From NCBI RefSeq assembly GCF_006345805.1, contig NW_021834414.1:1-61034 (forward strand): a DNA stretch of 61,034 bases. Direction: 5' to 3'. Below, in pieces: positions 13,462-24,344 of this stretch. Source of the DNA: Octopus sinensis. Taxonomy: Eukaryota. Under the pieces are notes generated by a model. It did not search any database. It was not told the DNA's origin and saw nothing but the letters and a program-made list of their open reading frames with translations. The position numbers and the translations under genes were made by a program. Each line of letters begins with the position of its first letter. Position 1 is the first letter of the stretch.

Positions 13462-13994
13462 TATATGTATACATATACATGCATATGGACGCATACGTGT
13501 ATATTTATATATGTATGTATATATTGTATATATATATATATATACGCACTCATATTTACCGGCGAACACTTTGCTTAAATGTCAGTATGTTGCTCCATTC
13601 ATACTTCAGTATGACATTTACTATATGTATGCCAGTGCAACTTTATGTATAACACCCAGTAAGGGGACGGGTAACACTCAAAGTCGGGAAATCACCGAAC
13701 AGTTGCTTATTTCAAACTGTTGAGGTCTCATCAACGGTGTTTTCCCCAAAGTCTAATATATACGAACATATATTAGATGCTGTGTACTTTTCAATTCTGT
13801 AAAAACAAAGTACAAAAATTGGGAGTATTTGTGTTTCCTCACTCTACCTTGATATAGCAGTCAAATCTTTCTCGGATCACTCATTATCAGGCTTACAAAT
13901 GAAAGAGCGCTCACAGATAACGTGGTTCTAAAAAATCTTCAAAGAGACTGAATGGTCATTATAAGGTAATCCAACAGTTGTAAAAGACACTTAC

Positions 13995-14062
13995 ATCGTT
14001 GAAACTTATATCCTGTACCACCTGCAGGACATGTGCTAAATGTAGTCAGTCGTTCACTGTTT
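13995..14062 (-). CDS. Candidate 68-nt exon (NSERLTTFSTCPAGGTGYKFQR), unidentified
   Basis: Acceptor GTATTTTATTAG, perfect GTAAGT donor (forward ACTTAC 13989-13994), only one of three frames open. Confidence 0.3.
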
Positions 14063-14415
14063 CTAATAAAATACTACTGTAGCTACGAATACTTTTAGTG
14101 TTGGTGAAATCATACAAAACGAGAAGAAGTAAGAGAGATTAATTGCTACACACAGTATGTCAATGCGTGAATACAAAGGAAATTAAGGAAGTTTCCTTGC
14201 TATTTCTAGCAGATTGATTGATCGCATATATGAGAAGCAGTGCTTCTGAAACTGTTTAAAGTTTCGTACCTTTTTCTTTTACTAACATCCCTTCCAAAAG
14301 AAAACCACCACCACCACTAACAACAACAACAACCATCACCACCACCATCACCAACCACCACCACCACCACCACCACTACCATTATTAATTAGCATAATAG
14401 CATAGCTTGGAAAAA

Positions 14416-15279
14416 CATGAGAATTAATATTTTTAACATTATAAAACTAGAAAATTACAGGACAAGTTATTACACTTGGAAAAGTTCAAGACAAGTTATT
14501 ACATCTGGCAAAATACAGAACAAGAACATTTTTACTTAAAATATTGCAGCTAAGGATAAAATCTGAATATTAAAATTATTTGATTTTAACTTACAAAGTA
14601 ATATTATAATTTGAAAAAAAAAAAAATATATAATTTGAAAAGGTACCACCATTTTGTTAAAATATTGACACGCTAAAATACTTAAAAAATGAGAGCGAGA
14701 AACATTAATGAAGCTCAAGTTTTACGCAAAAGTAGAATGGTATATCTGGTAGGCAAATTCATTGTGCAAAAATTAGGCATTGGCTCAAGACTGAAAATGT
14801 GAAGACTTGGCAATAACTCAAGCAAATTTTACTGTCAAATTGGTATTATAAGGTAGCTTTTACTGTATTATATAACTAAATTTTGTATTATTCTATTTAT
14901 TGTACTAACTAATTATGTACTACTATTATTTTTTATAGCCTATTTTCAAATTTCTGATTATTAATTAATAAATAAAAAACGAATTTTTCAAAAGGCAAAA
15001 AACATTTTGAGTTATTTTTTTAATATTTCTAATAAAAATAACAAGTAATAACAAATAGAAGTAATAACTTGTAATAATTTTTTTAGTTTTAATAAAACCT
15101 AATATTTTCTGAATCTAAATATTTTATTTGAAATTTTATCCTCAACTGCAATATCTTAAGTAAAAATTGTCGTATTCTGTACTTAACCAGATGTAATAAG
15201 TTCTCCTGAACTTTCTCAAGTGTAATAACTTGTCCTGTAATTTTCCCGGTTTATAATGTTAAGAATGATATTTCTCCTG
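14416..15279. mobile_element. Old non-autonomous DNA transposon with about 170-bp terminal inverted repeats
   Basis: 14416 to about 14590 is the reverse complement of about 15105-15279 (e.g. ATTACAGGACAAGTTATTACACTTG vs CAAGTGTAATAACTTGTCCTGTAAT); subterminal GACAAGTTATTACA duplicated; AT-rich core. Confidence 0.75.
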
Positions 15280-15309
15280 CTCGCATTTTCCCCTGTAATA
15301 TATATATAT

Positions 15310-15378
<69 letters not shown>

Positions 15379-15383
15379 TATAT

Positions 15384-15444
<61 letters not shown>

Positions 15445-15837
15445 AATATGTATAATATATATATATGTATATATATATTATTATTATTATTATTATTAAT
15501 ACTTAGCAATAGTAACACAGTGACTCAGGTCCGAGAGTTTCGTGTGATTAGTGCCAGCGCACGAAACTGTCGGGTCCCATATTTTTAAGCATGATATTTA
15601 TTCTACTGGACTCTTTTTGCCGAACGGTTAAGTTATAGGAAGGTAAAGAAACCTCCACCGGTTGTGAATCGCTGGTGTGCGACAAGCACAAACACAACAG
15701 CAGACACACATAAATGTGTACCTATGAACACACACATCTAAATATGTATATATATATACATACACACACACACACATATATATACACACACACACACACA
15801 CATATACATATATATTATATATATATATATGAAAAAA

Positions 15838-16219
15838 CAAGTAAAAAATAGAAAATGCTAAAATCATTTTATAGTGAACATTTCAGTACCGTTTCGGTCA
15901 TTTTGAGACCTTTTCACTGTAACGATTAAATATTAGAAAAATAGAAGAAAAGTTTTTTTAAAAGAATATTTCTATAGTAGTGTTCAGATTAAGTGGCATT
16001 CTGCCTTTCTCTGATCCCTTGTTTGCACTTGTGTGCAAACAAGGGAGTCAGAGAAAGGCAGAATGCCATAAATATGAACAAACTATAGAAATATTCTTTA
16101 AAAAAACTTTTCTTCTAATTTTTCTAAATTTAATTATTATCGTTACAGTTGATCCAAAATGACCGAAACCGGTACTGAAATGTTCATATAAAATATTTAG
16201 CATTTCTATTTTTTACTTG
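15838..16219. repeat. About 380-nt fold-back palindrome (about 190-bp stem, 4-nt loop at 16029-16032) inside (TA)n
   Basis: CAAGTAAAAAATAGAAAATGCT...CCCTTGTTTGCAC ttgt GTGCAAACAAGGG...AGCATTTCTATTTTTTACTTG. Confidence 0.92.
15884..15919 (-). ncRNA. Degenerate minimal hammerhead-ribozyme-like motif (mirror copy at 16146-16177, +)
   Basis: The two arms give consensus CAG-TTGAAAA-GGTC(TCAAAAT)GACC-GAAA-CCGG-TA-CTG: stem I, U3/A8 core, stem II, palindromic stem III, GUA site; each copy has a deletion in the core. Confidence 0.55.
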
Positions 16220-16327
16220 TTTTTTTCATATATATCAACATGGTTCCTTTTCACCCTATCATATATATATATATATATATATATACTATATATAACCTAT
16301 ATATATATATATATACATTATATATAC

Positions 16328-16373
<46 letters not shown>

Positions 16374-16436
16374 GTATCTATAATAGTGATATATATCTAT
16401 ATGTATATATATATATATATATACATATATATATAA

Positions 16437-16489
<53 letters not shown>

Positions 16490-16534
16490 TATAATATATA
16501 TACATATATATGATATATGCACACATAAGTTAAA

Positions 16535-16660
16535 TCAAGTTAATTTTTTGGCTCAAAAGCAAAAAGCAAGGCCATGTAGGGGGACATGGTGTTATGTACA
16601 GGGTAGTGTTCATGCAAAGAGTTCAGGCCATTTGTGGTCAAGGGAGACTTTGAACCGATA
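16535..16660 (-). mobile_element. Possible CR1/L2-like LINE 3' end fragment
   Basis: Minus frame FKVSLDHKWPELFA* resembles the FKxxLDxxW C-terminal motif of CR1/L2 ORF2, followed by a short 3' UTR. Confidence 0.3.
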
Positions 16661-17022
16661 TATATATATATGTTGTGTGTGTGTGTGTCCATATTTTTGA
16701 GTGTGTGTATGTTTACGATGGGCTTCTTTCAGTTCTCGTCTAAAATACATACTCACAACGCCTGGGTCAGCTGGGAGCTATAGTAGAAGTCACCTAGCCC
16801 GGGCGCCTCACGGTGAAATTGAACTCGAAACTACGCGGTTGAGAAGCAAATTCTTACCTCACAAAAACAACTGCGCCTATAAATGTATGCATACATTAGA
16901 ATCTATAGATGTGCATATATATATTCTTTGTGTATGGCCACAGATATATTTGTATGTGTGTATGTGTGTGTATCGGTGTGTGTATACCCGCATGTGTGAA
17001 TGCCTACATACCCACTCATATC

Positions 17023-17087
<65 letters not shown>

Positions 17088-17643
17088 TATATCTATATAT
17101 TCATAAGAAATGAATGACAAAAGAACAGGTCTTACGTGAATAATGTATTAAATTAGATTTTTTTTCGGGTATAAGGAAGTGTGTAACACATACATACATG
17201 CATACATATATGCATACATACATACATACATACATGCATACATACATACATACATGCATACGTACATACATACATAGACATCCGTACAAACCCCAGGAAA
17301 CTTACACACACTTAGAAACACACACACACACACGCATGCACACATACGCGCATACATACACATATACACACACACACCTCATCTCTGCGATTCCTTCACT
17401 TCGTCAATTAATCCTTTACATAATTTAATCTGTTGACTCACTTTCCGAATTACCCAGGTGTCTAACGATATTTTGTCTTCAAAAACAATATATAAAACGT
17501 TGGAAATGTCCCATAATGCCTACTTCATTACGTATTACTGGTTACAAGATAGTAATGAAGATAAATGAGATTCGAATTATTTATGTTTACTGTTGAATTA
17601 AATCTAAATTCGATTTCGTTTTCTCGTTCACTGTTTACTGTAG

Positions 17644-17708
17644 AAGGAAATGTTTACAATAAAAATTGGAACAACTCAGTGTTATTTCTGAGTAGAGAGT
17701 TACTAGAG
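17644..17708 (+). CDS. Candidate 65-nt exon ((E)GNVYNKNWNNSVLFLSRELLE)
   Basis: Strong acceptor TTTCGTTTTCTCGTTCACTGTTTACTGTAG; weak donor GAG|GTGTGT; phase-compatible with the 4370 and 18561 candidates. Confidence 0.25.
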
Positions 17709-17826
17709 GTGTGTGTGTTACATATTGGTATCTATTCAAGTCTTAAATGGTTCAAACGTTTCGGTCATTCCGTTTTTCATCTGTTTCAGTGTTTCACTGA
17801 CTTGATCTCTACCACATAATGTGAGC

Positions 17827-17858
<32 letters not shown>

Positions 17859-17957
17859 CACTCTGTGTGTGCGTACACACACACACAGACGCACATACAC
17901 TTACATATATACATACATGCATACATACATACATACATACATACATACATACATACA

Positions 17958-18023
<66 letters not shown>

Positions 18024-18245
18024 AATATATATGTATTAAAACAAAGTGAAGTTGTAAGGTACCGCACGGGTGGAAATATATATGAAAGAAAGTTTGAAAA
18101 TGCATTTTAATAGCTGTTTATTCATTGACCGTTTCACTTTTTTGATTGTCAAAAGTATCACGTCAAGCTTTGTTGTGTTAAGTACTGGTTGTCACAAAAT
18201 ATTACAATACATATATACATTCTTTGACAATAATAATTTTCTGTG

Positions 18246-18313
<68 letters not shown>

Positions 18314-18366
18314 TATATATATTATATATATGATATAATATATATATAGATATAGATAGATAGATC

Positions 18367-18398
<32 letters not shown>

Positions 18399-18560
18399 CT
18401 TTTAAAAAAAATGATTTCTAATGAAATCCTAATATTTTTAACGAACTTTTTACATATCACCCACGTAATGTTTGAACCTATAAGCATTAGTTATTTTCCT
18501 CAGTACTGTCCAAAGATATGACGAGATGAGAACATTAATTGCTAACCTACCTTCAAGTAG

Positions 18561-18644
18561 CAATATCATGAGCGGGAGCAGAAGGAAAATTATAAAACTG
18601 GAAAGGATGCTGAGGCTTTCATGCAGGAAATAAACGATAGCTAA
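18561..18644 (+). CDS. Candidate terminal exon (QYHEREQKENYKTGKDAEAFMQEINDS*)
   Basis: CTAAC branch point at 18542, AAGTAG (NAGNAG) acceptor, protein-like purine-rich codons ending in TAA. Confidence 0.3.
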   Translation, partial: QYHEREQKENYKTGKDAEAFMQEINDS

Positions 18645-20089
18645 CTAGGAAAAAAGGAAATGATACAAAGTTGTTTGCCATCAACTTTTGGCAAATAGAA
18701 TTTGAATGGAAATTGGTCGATCGATACAATGGAATGATAAATGGTAAATAACCGAACAGAAACGTCAAAAATTTCGTAGATCAGACACATACCAGATTAT
18801 GGCAACAATACGATGTTATCATTGTGGTTTAGCCACTGGACACTCCTGATGCAAAAGACCTATGAACTAAATGCATTCTAGCTATGAACATCTCATTTTT
18901 TTCCTTCTTATTTTGAGTGTTTCACGCTAATCAACTTTAAATATGGAATATCGCCGAAGACATAAACAATAACTTTATCATAATGAAACAATGTTATGAC
19001 AATCCATATATTTATGCATCGCAACAGAAAATAAGGACGTTTTTTAAAACATGGAATTTCCTTGGGACCCCACTGATCATTATTGTTAGTACGGAAGCTG
19101 TGGAATTGCAGAAACGATAGACGAATCCCTTACATGTCATTTAGAGTATAAAATTTAATCTAAAGGTGGGATATATATTTTTCATTTAATCATTTCAGTA
19201 ATATACAGGGGTCCATTCAGTCGACAATGACAAGCAATAAATTATACCATGATGCCGACGAATAAGTTTCTAAATGAGGATTAAAGAAGCTGTTTTGAGT
19301 ACCAGGGTTTAAGAATCTAATTGGACAGACCTTTCTTTACTGAGGAAAATAACGAGTGTTTTTAGGTTAAAAAACTACGAGGGTGTTATGTAAAATTTCT
19401 GACTGGTGTTTTATGGGTTAAACCATCCTTAGGGCCCAACACCACACCATCACACTTTCTCCAACTCGTTTACCAGCTAGCAGTGCTATCTTCTCCACTA
19501 TCACTAACATAACCATCACTACCATCCCCACAACAACCACCAAGACCATGACTACTATTAGCACTACAGCCACAAGCACCCGTACTACAATAACCATCAC
19601 TACTACTACTACTACCACCACTACTACAAAACGTCATGCTTCATTTGCATGACCAATATGGTCACATTTCTACCACGACCACAACAGCCAACCACCACCA
19701 CCATCAATATGACCACCATCCCCATCACTATCGCAACACTGGTCGACACCAATTCCCAGTGCCACCAACACAAGGAATTGCAAAAAGAAAAAAAATCCCA
19801 ACATCCAAGCCAGCACCAACACCAGCACCAGCGTCAGCACCACCGTCGCCGCCACTACCACAGCGACAAACAACCCCCACTGTCATCATCCTCCTCATCA
19901 CCACCGCCGCCGCCGCTGTCGCGGTTGCGGCCCGCACCGCCACCAGGGTAAATCCTTTCCTCCCCCGTCCCTCGTCAGCAGTCAAAAAACAAAACCTTAC
20001 GATGATTAATGTACACTACGTCGATGACGGACTGGAAGCTGTCATTATCGTTGCCTTCAGTTGTCTCTGTTCAACGTTTCAAAGAAAAA

Positions 20090-20091
<2 letters not shown>

Positions 20092-20141
<50 letters not shown>

Positions 20142-20218
20142 GTGATGATTATGATGATGAGGATGAGGATGATGATGATGAGGAGGAGGAGGAGGATGAG
20201 GAGGAGGATGACGATGAC

Positions 20219-20264
<46 letters not shown>

Positions 20265-20451
20265 CTGATGATGATGATGATGATGACGATGACGATGATG
20301 ATGATGATGATGATGACGATGACGATGATGATGATGATGATGATGATGATGACGATGATGATGATGATGATGATGACGATGACGATGATGATGATGATGA
20401 CGATGATGATGATGATGATGATGATGGTAATGGTGGTGGTAGCTGTAGTGG

Positions 20452-20482
<31 letters not shown>
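20092..20482. repeat. (GAT/GAC/GAG)n trinucleotide microsatellite
   Basis: Direct reading. Confidence 0.97.
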
Positions 20483-20483
<1 letters not shown>

Positions 20484-20736
20484 GCTTTACACGCAAACGC
20501 ACATGCGCACATGTATATACACATTATGTATGTATGCATATATACCAATATATGTTCATGTCAATATATATATAAATATATATGTACATGTGCGCGCGAG
20601 TGCATGTGTATGTGTGTGTGCGCGCGCGCGAGGAGTGTACATATACATGTCCCCTTACATGTATATGTGTGTATTTAAAGATATAAATGGGTATATATAT
20701 TTATGTATATATAAACACGCATGCATTCAAGTGTTT

Positions 20737-20796
<60 letters not shown>

Positions 20797-20871
20797 GTAT
20801 ATGTTTATATATATTATCTATAGTGCATATATATATATGCACATATATATATATATATGCATATATATATA

Positions 20872-20914
<43 letters not shown>

Positions 20915-21159
20915 ATATGGGTGAACAGGTGAAATATAGTAACCTTCGGCACATGTGGTAAGAGCTACATAAGTTCTTTAACAATATCGGCTGTACGTGA
21001 CTTTAAGCTTCGTTTTGAATGCATTTAATGAGACAGATGTACCACCCCTACGTTCCCACGTAACTTTCTTTTTCATATGAATACGAATATAACTCTTCTG
21101 TAACACACACACACACGCACACATGTATGCACACGCATATATATATATATATATATATA

Positions 21160-21305
21160 TGACTGTGTGGTAAGATGTTCGCTTCCGAATTACATGTTTC
21201 AGAGTTCAGTCCCGCTGCATAGCATCTTGGACATATGTTTTGAATTATAGGCTCGGGCCGACCAAAATTTTGCGACGGAAACTAAAAGAAGCCCGTCGTA
21301 TATAT
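21160..21305 (+). mobile_element. SINE family A 5' half, followed by the Penelope-like insertion at its (TA)n
   Basis: GACTGTGTGGTAAGATG...GAGTTCAGTCCC...ACTAAAAGAAGCCCGTCGTATATA. Confidence 0.8.
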
Positions 21306-21312
21306 ATATATA

Positions 21313-23200
21313 TAGAAGACAAAACAATAACAATTAAGGAGGCAGATAAGGGCAACGCGATAGTAATAATGAATACAAACAATTATAAAAATTTAGTGCT
21401 ATCCCTATTAAGAGATGAAACGTATTATGAAAGGGCCCAACAGTATAACCAGCAAAAAATAATGCATAACCTTAGGACATTAATCAACACATACCAAGAA
21501 GGACTCACGAACAGAGTATGAATACATCACTAACTTCAAATGCAAATCGAGTTTGTTCTATGGTATCCCTAAGGTACACAAAAGCCAAAACCATTAGAGA
21601 AACGTGCAAAACATCCACCGACACACTCATCAAAATCCTTCACCAAATGATCTTAAACTAAGACCGATAATAGCAGGGCCAGCATATGAAACTCACCGCC
21701 TCAGCAATTTCTTAGACACACTCTTAAACCTTTCCTAAAACACATCAAAAGCTACGTAAGAGACGATATAGATATGCTCAACCCCTCCCTAAAACAGTCA
21801 ATGAGAAAACCCTTCTAGTATCATTCGACGTGGTTAATCTTTATTCTAACATCCCTCACAACCTAGGAATAGAAGCGATCACCTTCTGGCTGAATAACTA
21901 CCCTTTGAACTCCCAACTCGCATAAACAAAGACCTTATAATAGAAGGACTAGATTCATTTTAGAGACAATTATTTTATTTTGACAATGATTCTACAGGCA
22001 AAGATCGGGAACAGCGATGGGCACGCGTACTGCACCATCTTTTGCCAACCTAGTGATGGATACCTCGAGAGAAAATACTATACCGGATGACACTCGAGAA
22101 ATATGGAAACACCTTCGCCACCTATATCCATAACAACTGGAAAAGATACCTCGATGACTGTTTCATCATCTGGGACAAAGGCATAGAGAAACTTGAGGAA
22201 TTTAAAATTCTATTAAATGGAATAAATGACAATATACAATTCACGATGGACCACAACGAAAAAGAATTACCATTTTTAGACATCCTCATTAAGAAAACCG
22301 GCAACAAAATAGAGACAGATATCTACTATAAACCGGCAGACTCTAAACAGTACCTACCCTTTGATTCATGCCACCCACGACACACTAGAATGAATGTCCC
22401 TTTTTGTTTAGCTAGAAGGATTTGCACCATAATATCAGACACAAACACCCGACACACACGTCTCCAGGAACTTAGAACCACACTCACAAATAGAAACTAT
22501 CACAGCCCCTAATAGACAGTGCAATCCAACGGGTACTTAAATTAAGTATAGAAGACCTGAGACAAACAAAACCAAAAAAGAAAGAACAATTAAAAACCCT
22601 TCCCTACATCTCTACACACAACCCACTCAACAATGAGGCCTTCAACACATACTACAAAGCACAGCCCTACTAAAGGGAGACCCAAAGATGAACCGGATCC
22701 TCGAAACACACACCATCATTAAAAGTAAACGGCAACCAAAATCCTTGAAAAGGATTTTAACCCAAGCTACACTGCACTCAACATCAACCACAAAACTAGC
22801 AGTTAGAAAATGTGGAAGGCCCAACTGCGGAATCTGTGTCATCTTGAAAGAAGGATCAGAATTTATACTGGAACAAGGCCACAGTTCACCATTAGAACAA
22901 ACTTCACCTGCGCATCAGAAAACTTAATTTACGTCCATAACATGCGCAGGCTGCAATAGGCAGTATATAGGCCATACAAAAAATAGCTTACGTAACAGGA
23001 TGGCGGTGCAAAAATCACAAATTAGAAACCCTGATTACCGCAAAATACCGGTCAGCGGACACATAGATAGATGTGCTGGAAATGTAAATCCGAAATTTAC
23101 AACTAACCCGCTCTATAAATTCAGTGACAACGCACCTTCACCAACGCCAAAATAAAGAACTATATTTCATAAAAAAATTTAGACCAAGTTTAAACACCCT
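21313..23200 (+). pseudogene. Frameshifted Penelope-type reverse transcriptase / GIY-YIG endonuclease
   Basis: IKEADKGNAIV (about 21330), LVSFDVVNLYSNIP (about 21816), GTAMGTRTAPSFANL (about 22008), WKRYLDD (22138), PFLDILI, SCHP, CGRPNCGIC linker (22811), NLIYV..CAGCNRQYIGHT (22921), FIKKFRPSLN (about 23190); several stops and frameshifts. Confidence 0.92.
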
Positions 23201-23379
23201 GGGCCAGGAATACTAAAACAAAAGATAAGTCCTCCGAAAAGGAGAACCAAATTTCACCACGGCCGCTACTTCAAACAGACACTCACTCTGACGGAATATG
23301 CCTTAGTAAAAAAGGAAAAAAATTCTTTCGTGCAAATCTGACCCTGATACATACGATACAGCTAAGGGTCAGACCCGAT

Positions 23380-23870
23380 TCTGATTGGTCAACAAGTTGA
23401 TGACGTCTAGCTCTGCTAGAATGGACAGGATACAAACAGGGGACAGTCATTAGTCAGAATATTGATGACGTCCTTTTCTGCTTTCACCTAACAAGTACAG
23501 ACAGGGGGCAGATCTAATGTAGCTATAAGTCGTGATTGGGCAGAATCTGGATGACGTCCCGCTCTGCTTGACTAACGAAGCGACTGGTCAAAACAGGAAA
23601 CAAACAAGAGGCAGATATAATGCAGCGATTGGTCAAAATAATGATGACGTCCCGTTCTACTTGACTAACGAAGTGACTGGTCAAAACAGAAAACAAACAA
23701 GAGGGAGTTATAATGCAGCGATTGGTCAAAATAATGATGACGTCCCGTTCTACTTGATTAAACGCCAACTAACGAAACGATTGGTCAAAACATTGATGAC
23801 GTCACGCTACGCTAGATTGACCACCTAACAGGCATTATAAAACCGAGCATTCACAAAAACTCACTAGAAC
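23380..23870 (+). promoter_or_regulatory. Pseudo-LTR enhancer/promoter: six ATTGG-N12-TGACGTC modules plus TATAAAA
   Basis: TGACGTC at 23401, 23466, 23552, 23645, 23738, 23797 (the last is a full TGACGTCA), each 12 nt after ATTGG (one ATTAG); TATAAAA at 23836-23842. Confidence 0.65.
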
Positions 23871-24180
23871 CACCTAGCGAACTTCCACCATGGGTCATCA
23901 CAATTGCTTAAGGTAAAAATGAATTCCTCGCTCTTTCGGAAACATCAATCTTCTGTATTGACCGCTTTCCACCACTTTGATCAGTTTTTGTATTGAATAC
24001 GTATCGCCACCGTGGGCCACTGCATCGAACACTTTGAACATATACTTCAAACTTATATCAACTATACATGAACTATATATCGACTATACATGAACTCTAA
24101 GATGTCTGACTCCGTTGTGTATTATAAATGAATTTCTTGTGTTTGACGGCATGACTGTCTTTTTTTATATATAACTTTTT

Positions 24181-24215
24181 TTGATAAGGTTCATTTCAGG
24201 AACTGAAACATGTTA
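24181..24215 (+). ncRNA. Degenerate hammerhead-ribozyme-like motif in the PLE pseudo-LTR
   Basis: TTGATAA-GGTTC(ATTTCAG)GAACT-GAAA-CATG-TT; U3/A8 core, 5-bp stem II, palindromic ACATGT stem III; stem I poor. Confidence 0.55.
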
Positions 24216-24269
24216 TAATGTATATATATAAAAATTAAAATACAGCAGCATTTTCGAACTTCATTTTTT

Positions 24270-24344
<75 letters not shown>

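Larger units (their letters stand above)
15600..16880 (-). mobile_element. Old SINE family A split into 3' half (15600-15720) and 5' half (16705-16880) by nested insertions in its central microsatellite
   Basis: TTTTTGCCGAACGGTTAAGTTA at about 15613 (3' half, reverse complement) and GGGCTTCTTTCAGTT...TTGAACTCGAAAC...CTGCGCCTAT at 16719-16880 (5' half, reverse complement). Confidence 0.6.
21313..24275 (+). mobile_element. 5'-truncated Penelope-like retroelement (Neptune-type) with 3' pseudo-LTR, flanked by (TA)n
   Basis: RT, Cys linker and GIY-YIG remnants, then a repeat array, TATA box and hammerhead-like motif; both ends in TA microsatellite. Confidence 0.9.

Noticed and set aside
13700-13745. 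Minus-strand TTGATGA-GACC...GAAA hammerhead-like string
   Set aside because: Stem II and stem III do not pair, and U3 is not compensated at position 8.
18551-18644. Minus-strand hydrophobic transmembrane-like exon LAIVYFLHESLSILSSFIIFLLLPLMILLLE
   Set aside because: It is codon-aligned antisense to the hydrophilic plus-strand candidate, the usual shadow pattern. Kept only as an alternative hypothesis, not annotated as a feature.
23530-23830. Repeat-spacer-like array resembling CRISPR
   Set aside because: The inter-repeat segments are similar to each other, the context is a eukaryotic PLE pseudo-LTR, and there are no cas genes.
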